Below, in pieces: positions 57,055-64,000 of a stretch of 64,000 nt of DNA. The number at the start of each line of letters is the position of its first letter. Within the stretch, counting starts at the first letter, position 1. Below the pieces are notes generated by a model, which was not told the DNA's origin, did not search any database, and saw nothing but the letters and a program-made list of their open reading frames with translations. Position numbers and translations under genes: made by a program. This DNA comes from an uncultured bacterium (GTDB lineage: Bacteria > Oederibacteriota > JAAXVQ01 > JAUVAV01). The stretch lies in NCBI GenBank assembly GCA_963710755.1, contig CAVQBK010000003.1, forward strand, positions 160,001 through 224,000, written 5' to 3'.

Positions 57055-59219
57055 ACCTGGTCCACCAGTGAGGCAAAGGCCCCGAATTGTTCCAGGCTCA
57101 CCGACCGGCCTGATTTTTCATATTCCCGTTTAAGGGCCACCATAACTTTGTCCATGCTCAGCTTGCCCTTGAATCCCGAGGCAAGCGGCCTGGCGCCACC
57201 GGCGCTTTGCAGGCAGGCCTGGAACACCACGGACCGGATATGGCCCCCGGCCAGGGGAAATTGTTTGGCCAAATAGCCCAGATCCAGGGCGCTGCGGTCC
57301 ACCCCATTCGGGATAACCTGCTGCCAGATGCGCAGCCGCTCTTCCTCGCCGGGCATGGGAAAATCAATGATAAAGCGCAAGCGCCGCACAAAGGCTTCAT
57401 CCAAATCTTTTTTACGGTTGGTGGCCAGAATGGCCAGGCCTTTGAAGCGCTCCATGCGCTCCAGCAAATAACTGATCTCCAGGTTGGCATAGCGGTCATG
57501 GGCATCCTTGACTTCAGACCGCTTGCCGAAGAGCGCATCCGCTTCGTCAAAAAACAGAATGGTGTCCGCGATATCAGCCAAGTCGAAAAGGCGTTTTAAA
57601 TTTTTCTCCGTTTCCCCGATATACTTGCTGGCTACCTGGGACAAATCAATACGCACCATGGGCAGGCCCAGTAGAAGGGCCAGCCGCTCGGCGGCCATGG
57701 TTTTGCCTGTACCCGGCGGGCCGGCAAAGAGGGCTGTGATGCCGCTTTCATTCCAGGCCGCGGCTGTGCCCCACTCATAATGCACCTTGGTCAAGGCCTG
57801 CATGCTGGTAAGCAGTTCCTGATAATGGGCCTGTTGCTTGGCCGGCAGAACAACCTCTTCTTCCTGAAAGCGGGGGGTGACCCTTTGCGCCAGTTCGCCC
57901 ATGTCCAGCGGTACCTGGGCCCAGCAGGCTGTGGCCAGGTCCTGACTGGTCAATGGCCGTCCGAGGGCCTGCAGGCTTTGGCCCACAGCGCTTATGGTGG
58001 CGCGCTCAAAGCGAAAGCGCCGGGCGCATTCCGCCATCTCCTGGTCCAGGCCCTGAGCCTGATCCTGCAATAGCTCATTCCAAGTCTCCAGGCGCTGCTT
58101 ATAGGTCAGACTGGGCAGCTCCACCGCGGGCAGACGGTAAGCTGATGGCAGATGGGCCAGAGACTGGCGCTCCAGAAGACTGATGAAGATGGTAATGGGA
58201 ATAGTCAGGCGCGGCAGCTGGTCCAGGGCAAGCTGCGGCCGCTCCTGGGTCAGCAACAGCACCTGTTCTTCATCAAGAAATAAATCCACCCCTTTAAGCC
58301 AGCATAAGGTGGCCAAGCCGTCGCGAAAGGCTTTGGTGTTAAGCAGCAGCGGATCTTCCTGGAAGCGCACCACAGGCCGTTCCATTTGCTGGGCCATGAG
58401 GCAGGCCATGCCGCTAAAGGGACCGTGCTTAACACCCCACAAAGGCACCAGCCGGGCATGGCCGGGGTCTTCCTTGACCAGCCGGGCTGCGGTCATGGCT
58501 GCGGTGGCTGTAAGCTCCAGGCCGTGCGCTTCGGAAGCATTTACCACCTCCAGGCCATGGTCATGAGTACTGTTGGGATAAAGCAAGGAAGCCGCAATTA
58601 AGGGCGGCAGGCTAAGAGGCTGCTCCCAACCAAGGTGCTGATCAAAAGGCCCGGCCGGGGGTTGCAACAACCCAAAATGAAAAAGCCTGTGCGCCGGATT
58701 AAGCAATGCCATGAGCTGTTCCGGCTGATCCCATAAGCGCTGGGCCAAGGCCAGGGTAGGCCGGGTTTTAAGGGCATCATGCTGGCAGACCGCCAGCACC
58801 GCGCTGACCGAACTGTCCACCACCGGCAGCAACCCCATGGCCAGCACAAAGGTCTCCATGGGCCCCAACTGCAAGGTGGCCACCACCCAGGCAAAGGAGC
58901 CTCGCCTGACCTTGGCTGTGGTCATCAAGGGCTCCTGCAATTGCTCGGTCAGATAGCGGCCGGTAGGATCGTTTTTAAAGAACGACTGTTTTTTGTCCCA
59001 GCTGCGCTGATGACCCAGGGCGGCTGCGGCCTTGTCCTGCAAAGGCGGCAGGGTATCAGGCCTGGTAGCGGGCAACACGCCTTGCTCAAACCAGAGCCAG
59101 GCAATTTCCCGGCGCAGGCGCAAGGTTACCTGGCGCAGCCAGTATTGGGCCACAGGATCCTCCACCTGAAGGCCCGGACTGAAGGTGACTTTAGGTCCAT
59201 TGCCCGTGCTCACGGTCAT
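57051..59219 (-). CDS. AAA+ ATPase (Afp15/Pvc15)
   Basis: ALFAGPPGTGKTMAA, RIDLSQVASKYIGETEKNL, LFFDEADALFGKRSEVKDAHDRYANLEISYLL. Confidence 0.95.
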   Translation of the reverse strand: MTVSTGNGPKVTFSPGLQVEDPVAQYWLRQVTLRLRREIAWLWFEQGVLPATRPDTLPPLQDKAAAALGHQRSWDKKQSFFKNDPTGRYLTEQLQEPLMTTAKVRRGSFAWVVATLQLGPMETFVLAMGLLPVVDSSVSAVLAVCQHDALKTRPTLALAQRLWDQPEQLMALLNPAHRLFHFGLLQPPAGPFDQHLGWEQPLSLPPLIAASLLYPNSTHDHGLEVVNASEAHGLELTATAAMTAARLVKEDPGHARLVPLWGVKHGPFSGMACLMAQQMERPVVRFQEDPLLLNTKAFRDGLATLCWLKGVDLFLDEEQVLLLTQERPQLALDQLPRLTIPITIFISLLERQSLAHLPSAYRLPAVELPSLTYKQRLETWNELLQDQAQGLDQEMAECARRFRFERATISAVGQSLQALGRPLTSQDLATACWAQVPLDMGELAQRVTPRFQEEEVVLPAKQQAHYQELLTSMQALTKVHYEWGTAAAWNESGITALFAGPPGTGKTMAAERLALLLGLPMVRIDLSQVASKYIGETEKNLKRLFDLADIADTILFFDEADALFGKRSEVKDAHDRYANLEISYLLERMERFKGLAILATNRKKDLDEAFVRRLRFIIDFPMPGEEERLRIWQQVIPNGVDRSALDLGYLAKQFPLAGGHIRSVVFQACLQSAGGARPLASGFKGKLSMDKVMVALKREYEKSGRSVSLEQFGAFASLVDQV

Positions 59220-60385
59220 GGCAATACCACCTCAGGACTTTGTTTGGCCTGCTGGCCATTGACCATTAAAATCACCCGATAGGTGCCGCCCGCTGGTTTG
59301 GTGCTGTTGGTGATGGCCACACTCAGGCTGGTCTGGTTCACGCTGCCCGGCAGATCGTCGTAAAGCTTAACCACCGTACCGGCCTGGTACAAGGCCACGC
59401 TGATGGCGTCATCCACGCCGCCCAGCAAGGCACCGCTCAGGCTGATGGTGCCGTAATCACCGTTGGGGGTGAAGCCGGGTGTTCCCGTAATCGTCGGCAG
59501 CACCTGGATGGTGATCAGGTTGCTTTTTTGCACCCGGCCTGAAGGCAGGGGCTTGGTGAGTACCATGGGCCATTCCCCCGCGGACAGGGTATGAGCCGCC
59601 ACCAAAGCCGCGATGGAGGCCACCATGCGGTCAGCGGTGGTGGTGTGATGATCAATGGCCATTTCCTGGTCATGAACATAGGCTTTCAAATCAGGCAAGG
59701 TGAGATTCTCACCGATGATGATCACCTCATCGCCAGCCTCCACTTTTTCCTGCTCAGGATGATCAAGCACGGCCATGTCGCTGGGCCAGACGCCGAGCTG
59801 AATGCCCGCCTCGCCAATGGTGGTGGCACTGGTGTAATCAATGCCCACCAGCAAATTGTAGGAGGGCGGGGTGGTGCCGGTGATCATGATGGGCCGCACC
59901 TGAAAGGCCATGGAGAAGCGGTACTTCTCGTCATTGCCCTGCATCAGTTTGGAAAGCAGGTCGGCCGTGCTTTCGTCAAAGGTGATTTTTAATTCTTCCG
60001 GATTGTCCTTAAGCGCTTTTTGAATATCTGCCGGCACGGCGCTGCTTAATTGCAGCAAGGTCAGATCGCGCAGGGCGCGCAGGCCTTTGCCCAGATTGAG
60101 ATGGGCTTTGCGCGTGTCACTCTCGCCGCCTTCATCAAAAGGCGTGAGTAAATATTTAAGCACCAGCCACAGGGGAGGATTCTGGCCTTCCGTGAGAGGC
60201 GTGTTTTTCAGGCTGGTGTCAAACACCGCTTCATACAGAAAAAGATTGAGCCGCGCGCCCGTGCTGTGGCTTTGATTGTCCCCGGGCCGCCCTACGCTGA
60301 TGTCCAGGCCGGTGTGGTTGTGCAGTTTTTCTTCCAGTAAATGAGTCACTGCGCCAATGGCATCGGTTGTGTCCAGTTGAGCCAT
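59216..60385 (-). CDS. DUF4255/Pvc16-family tail terminator (cap) with C-terminal Ig-like domains
   Basis: AIGAVT..RLNLFLYE..PPLWLVLKYLLT..ELKITF..YRFSMAFQVRPI. Confidence 0.88.
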   Translation of the reverse strand: MAQLDTTDAIGAVTHLLEEKLHNHTGLDISVGRPGDNQSHSTGARLNLFLYEAVFDTSLKNTPLTEGQNPPLWLVLKYLLTPFDEGGESDTRKAHLNLGKGLRALRDLTLLQLSSAVPADIQKALKDNPEELKITFDESTADLLSKLMQGNDEKYRFSMAFQVRPIMITGTTPPSYNLLVGIDYTSATTIGEAGIQLGVWPSDMAVLDHPEQEKVEAGDEVIIIGENLTLPDLKAYVHDQEMAIDHHTTTADRMVASIAALVAAHTLSAGEWPMVLTKPLPSGRVQKSNLITIQVLPTITGTPGFTPNGDYGTISLSGALLGGVDDAISVALYQAGTVVKLYDDLPGSVNQTSLSVAITNSTKPAGGTYRVILMVNGQQAKQSPEVVLP

Positions 60386-60403
60386 GATGCTCCTCGTCCG
60401 TCA

Positions 60404-60543
60404 TTCAACTACCCCGCGCTTGACATGATTTGGAATAATCTATCCTTCCATGTCACAGCGTTAGCGCGGGGATGGTTGGATATGATATGAAATAGATCAT
60501 TATTTCTATTCGCTTCATCCCCGCCTTATAAGGCGGGGAATTC
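60404..60543. mobile_element. Miniature IS200/IS605-like remnant (ends only)
   Basis: Left TTCAACTACCCCGCGCT...AGCGCGGGG hairpin; right TTCATCCCCGCCTTATAAGGCGGGGAATTC palindrome. Confidence 0.55.
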
Positions 60544-60544
60544 G

Positions 60545-61456
60545 CTATGGCCTATCAAAATAGTGGCGCTGCCACCTTAAAAAGGAGGGCGCCGGTCTGA
60601 CCGTCCCGGCCGGTTGCACTGCCGGCTGGGGCAACGCGGCAGCAGGGGCTTCCACCACCACATTGATATCGCCAATCGACAATTGCACTTGCTCTTCCCG
60701 GGGTTGCAGAAGGCGCTGGGCCTGCTGCTCCTGGACTGTTGCTGCAGCTGCCCGTTTTTGCTTGTCCGGGCTCAGGGCTGTGGGCACGGGTTCCTCTTCC
60801 TGGCTCACCCATTGCGTCACTTCCCTTAGCACATAAGCGGAAAGCGCGGCCTTGTCCTGCCTTGGGTCCGCCTGGGATGGAAGAGATGCCTCCTCCGCGA
60901 GGACTTCCTCTCCTGACCATGGTTCGGGTGAAACCGGGTCTTGCTTACGCCCGGAAGACCTTGCCGTCTTAGGTGGGCTTGTTGGTTGCACCGGCCCGTT
61001 TGCTTTCCAGGCCTGCCTTAAAGACGGTACTGCATCAGGGCCGGCCCCGGGCGCAACCTCACGCTCGAAGGTTTGTTCCAGCGGTTGTGATGCTGCAGCC
61101 ATGTGTTCCTCTTGAAAGCTATGGTCCTGGGCTATGGCCGGATAGTCCTGACCCGGCTCCCTCGGCGTTAGTGGTTTCCCGGTTCTTTCCTTTGGTTCGG
61201 AATTGGGCGTCTGCGTCCTCAGTGGCGCAGACGCTGGGGGGGCAACTTCCTTCTGCTCCCTGGCAGCCTCTTCGCCATCAGGGGCACCTGTCGCCGATGC
61301 CTGCATGTTCGCAGCCGGGGCCTCTACCTGTTCATGCACCGCAATATCCAAGCCGGCCGCGGTTGTCTCCACATCGTCAGCGCGCTGATCAGACCGGGCC
61401 TGGGACTCGGCAATGGTCAGGTTGGATTGTGTCATCAATTGCTGCAAATAGCCCAT
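60545..61456 (-). CDS. Low-complexity eCIS-associated protein
   Basis: Ala/Pro/Glu/Gln-rich, likely disordered body; MGYLQQL N-terminus and VQLSIGDINVVVEAP C-terminal motif. Confidence 0.7.
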   Translation of the reverse strand: MGYLQQLMTQSNLTIAESQARSDQRADDVETTAAGLDIAVHEQVEAPAANMQASATGAPDGEEAAREQKEVAPPASAPLRTQTPNSEPKERTGKPLTPREPGQDYPAIAQDHSFQEEHMAAASQPLEQTFEREVAPGAGPDAVPSLRQAWKANGPVQPTSPPKTARSSGRKQDPVSPEPWSGEEVLAEEASLPSQADPRQDKAALSAYVLREVTQWVSQEEEPVPTALSPDKQKRAAAATVQEQQAQRLLQPREEQVQLSIGDINVVVEAPAAALPQPAVQPAGTVRPAPSFLRWQRHYFDRP

Positions 61457-61471
61457 GGTTCACCGTTTCCG

Positions 61472-62203
61472 TTAAATTAAAGCTGCATAATACTGCCGTC
61501 GCCAGCTGGGCATGGCCATGATGTCCTGCTCTGACCAATGGTAATAACCGGCCAGGCGGGCCACGGTATGCAGCATGGATTGCTGCCGGCGGTGCAGCTG
61601 GTGCAGGCAAAATTTTTCCCAATCAATTGTCCAGCGCTGCTCCTGGCCGCAAGCCGGACAGCTGGTGCTGACCTCATAGGCAATCAGGGGATCCACCTGC
61701 GCCAAATGGGCTTCCACGGTCGCCAAGCCGTCCTGGTCATCCAGCAGTGCCTTTGGCAGAGGCTTCTCACTCAGACTCTGCAGCATGGCCACCCCGGCGT
61801 CACGGGCGCTGGTGTAAACCGCAGCCTGCCACGCTTGCTGGTGGCGCCCGCTGGGGCGGACCATGACCAGCTCATGCTCTTTATAGGTGATGGTGATGGC
61901 CTGCTCTTGATGGGCTTCAATGAGGGCGATCAACTCCTCTGCCTCAAAGTGCAGTTCCATCATGCCCCCGCAAAACCGGCAGGCGCGGCTGACCACCAAT
62001 GCCTGTGATGATGACCGCGCCATCCATTCCAAAAGTCCCTGCAGACGCTTGCTGATCGTCCAGGACCAGAAGGCCTGCTCGTCCTGGGTCTCATGGGCCG
62101 CAGCCAAAAGGCCCGTGACCAGGCGGGGCCGGTTGGTGAAATCAAAGCGGATGTCGAGATCCTTGAGCTCTTGTCCGAAAGCTGTTTGACGCATCATCAA
62201 CAT
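61472..62203 (-). CDS. T4 gp26-like baseplate/tail assembly protein with CxxC motifs
   Basis: CRFC, CPACG, DPL, C-terminal LAGYYHWSEQDIMAMPSWRRQYY. Confidence 0.78.
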   Translation of the reverse strand: MLMMRQTAFGQELKDLDIRFDFTNRPRLVTGLLAAAHETQDEQAFWSWTISKRLQGLLEWMARSSSQALVVSRACRFCGGMMELHFEAEELIALIEAHQEQAITITYKEHELVMVRPSGRHQQAWQAAVYTSARDAGVAMLQSLSEKPLPKALLDDQDGLATVEAHLAQVDPLIAYEVSTSCPACGQEQRWTIDWEKFCLHQLHRRQQSMLHTVARLAGYYHWSEQDIMAMPSWRRQYYAALI

Positions 62204-62283
62204 GATCCTTTGCTGACCGGCAAGCCGGAATTAATGGTGCCTAAAATTGCCCTACGCCTGGCGGGCATAAAAAAGCGCATACC

Positions 62284-62309
62284 TTGGGTACAGGCATGCC
62301 TGTACCCAA
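62284..62309. repeat. Perfect 26-bp palindrome downstream of the tube gene
   Basis: TTGGGTACAGGCATGCCTGTACCCAA. Confidence 0.8.
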
Positions 62310-62331
62310 CCTCGCCCACCCGTGGCTGCTA

Positions 62332-62856
62332 TCAGCCTGCCGCCGGCACGGCTGCGGATTCATCAGGTTCCTTGGTATCCTTGTCCCGCTCCCAGCCTTC
62401 CATCTCGATTTTCATATTTTCAATGGCCACCGCATTGGCGCTGGCATCGAGATCCGGCATGGCCGTGTACTCGCTTACCCAGCATCCGTGCAGAAAATAG
62501 CGGAAGGCCACTTGGCCTCTTTCATTCATCACTTCCAGGATCAGTTCCTTTTTATAATTAACCAGATCCATGCCCTGGTCCCCGGCATAAGGATGAACCA
62601 TGTTGGCCCAGTTCTCAAACTCCCGGTCATGGGTCAAGCCCCGGTCCAGGGTCAGGCCTTCGTAGCTGGTGCGGCCCGGGGATTTGTGTTCCACGCTGTT
62701 CTCCCCGCCTTCGCGGTACTTGACCACTTCCGTGGTGCGCTTGAGCGCCCCGGCTTTCTGCACGCCCAGCACCGGCCGCTCGTCCATAATGATACGGAAT
62801 TTAAAATTCTTGTACGGGTCATATCGATGCGCGTTCTTAACGAATCCGTTTGCCAT
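62332..62856 (-). CDS. Phage tail tube protein (T4 gp19-like; Afp1/5)
   Basis: RYDPYKNFKFRI, TTEVVKYREGG, SPGRTSYEGLTLDRGLTHD..FENWAN, CWVSEY..PDLDASANAVAIE. Confidence 0.96.
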   Translation of the reverse strand: MANGFVKNAHRYDPYKNFKFRIIMDERPVLGVQKAGALKRTTEVVKYREGGENSVEHKSPGRTSYEGLTLDRGLTHDREFENWANMVHPYAGDQGMDLVNYKKELILEVMNERGQVAFRYFLHGCWVSEYTAMPDLDASANAVAIENMKIEMEGWERDKDTKEPDESAAVPAAG

Positions 62857-62877
62857 GATCGCCTCTCCTTTGAAAAA

Positions 62878-64000
62878 TTAGAGTTCTCCCGCTATCTGCT
62901 GGAATTTTAGCACTACAAATTCCGCCGGTTTGAGGGGCGCAAAGCCCACCTCGATGTTGACGATGCCTTTGTTGCGGTCATCCTGCGTGGTGGTCTCGCC
63001 ATCGCACTTGACATAAAAAGCCTGGTCCGGCGTGCTGCCCTGAAAGGCGCCCTGTTTGAACAGACCCATCATGAAGGCATTGAGGTTGAGCCTGACCTTG
63101 GACCAGAGCGGTTCGTCATTGGGCTCGAACACCACCCACTTGGTGCCACGGAAGAGCGACTCTTCCAGGAAAAGCGCCAGGCGCCGGATGGGAATGTACT
63201 TCCATTCCGAGGCCGCCTGATCGCTGCCGTCCAGGGTCCGGGCGCCCCAGGAGACCGTGCCGTAAATGGGGAAGATACGGAAGCAGTTGGACGCCAAAGG
63301 ATTAAGCGTGCCGTTTTGCCCATCGGTCAGCTCCAGGTCCAAAGCACTGACGCCCTTCAACGTGGCTTCCGTACCGGCCGGGGCTTTCCACACCCCGCGG
63401 GTCGTGTCAATGCGGGAATACAATCCGGCCATGGTGCCGCTGGAGCCCACGGATTTCAGGCGGTATTCATCCAGCGGATCAGGCATTTGCAGGCGTGGGA
63501 AATAAACCGCTGAGTTTTTATCGCGCAGGGAAGCATTGGCATCGAGCCAATCCTCCATCTCATCCACGGCGTTCACGGATTTGGGAATATCGATGATTAG
63601 AAAGGCACGCCGCTTAATGCAATAAGCCAGGGCCTTGCTGTAAACCGCCTGCATGGCGGTCACCCCGCCGGCGCTGGAGTCATCGGCAATGATGGCCGCC
63701 CGGGGAAGGCACATGATGTTGAACAGGTCCGCCAGCTCCAGGGCATACATGCCGGTAAAGGGCTCCGAGCTGGAGCCGATAAGGTCGCCTGCTTCCGGCT
63801 CGTCGCCGTCGGCGCCCTTGTCATCCTTGACCATGGCCGCGCCCGAGGGCACGGTGCCGTCAAAGCCCACCGGGTATTGCTGCACATTGGACGTACCGCT
63901 GGTTAATTTCAAATCAGCGGCCACTGTATCCGAGCCGTTGGCCGTCACCACAATCTGCTCGATGGGCGAATAGCTGTCCGCCTTGCGGCCGGAGAGGATA
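62878..64000 (-). CDS. Phage tail sheath protein (Afp2-4/Pvc2-4), 5' end beyond the window
   Basis: AVYFPR..SGTMAGLYSRIDTTRGVWKAPAG, WGARTL, WKYIPIRRL, VVFEPNDEPLW, GFAPLKPAEFVV. The frame stays open to the window edge. Confidence 0.97.
   Translation of the reverse strand, partial: ILSGRKADSYSPIEQIVVTANGSDTVAADLKLTSGTSNVQQYPVGFDGTVPSGAAMVKDDKGADGDEPEAGDLIGSSSEPFTGMYALELADLFNIMCLPRAAIIADDSSAGGVTAMQAVYSKALAYCIKRRAFLIIDIPKSVNAVDEMEDWLDANASLRDKNSAVYFPRLQMPDPLDEYRLKSVGSSGTMAGLYSRIDTTRGVWKAPAGTEATLKGVSALDLELTDGQNGTLNPLASNCFRIFPIYGTVSWGARTLDGSDQAASEWKYIPIRRLALFLEESLFRGTKWVVFEPNDEPLWSKVRLNLNAFMMGLFKQGAFQGSTPDQAFYVKCDGETTTQDDRNKGIVNIEVGFAPLKPAEFVVLKFQQIAGEL

Larger units (their letters stand above)
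29724..64000 (-). other. Extracellular contractile injection system (eCIS; Afp/PVC-like) locus with an effector array, open at the right edge
   Basis: Co-oriented sheath, tube, DUF4255, AAA ATPase, tube initiator, LysM, hub, spike, PAAR-like, gp25, two baseplate J, gpI-like, DUF6519 and three DUF4157 genes. No head or packaging genes in view. Confidence 0.93.

Noticed and set aside
41344-64000. Prophage tail region
   Set aside because: No capsid, portal, terminase, integrase or long tape measure in view. The Pvc15-like ATPase, DUF4255 and DUF4157 genes point to eCIS. The right flank is unseen.
47669-64000. Type VI secretion system
   Set aside because: No TssJ/L/M membrane complex, TssB/C, Hcp or ClpV. 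Tube and sheath are T4 gp19/gp18-like.

Overview
Bacterial chromosomal window with nearly all genes on the minus strand. Positions 1-29.6 kb hold housekeeping and cell-envelope genes: a partial ThiD2/ThiE-like gene, amaP, asp23, accC, accB, efp, an Xaa-Pro peptidase, a glycosylation cluster, a MenA/UbiA fusion, an LVIVD-repeat surface protein, modABC, an AlkD-like protein, a radical SAM enzyme, MarR, outer-membrane proteins and an MDR oxidoreductase. This region also has two pseudogene remnants and a candidate structured ncRNA. Positions 29.7-64 kb are a large extracellular contractile injection system (eCIS, Afp/PVC-like) running off the right edge. It encodes sheath, tube, Pvc16/DUF4255 cap, AAA+ ATPase, tube initiator, LysM, split VgrG hub and spike, PAAR-like tip, gp25, two baseplate-J proteins, a gpI-like protein and a DUF6519 beta-helix protein. 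A tandem array of three DUF4157 (HExxH) polymorphic effector candidates follows. All three share an N-terminal CxCDGGCPxC motif but carry different payloads: two PD-(D/E)xK-like nucleases and a Zn-dependent PLC/P1-nuclease-like domain. A beta-propeller gene in the array is a candidate immunity protein. Many eCIS intergenic spacers carry small non-autonomous repeat elements (MITE, GTAG-type REPs, IS200/IS605-like ends). No capsid, terminase, integrase, rRNA, tRNA or CRISPR array was seen. All family calls come from motif recognition by eye; no database searches were run.
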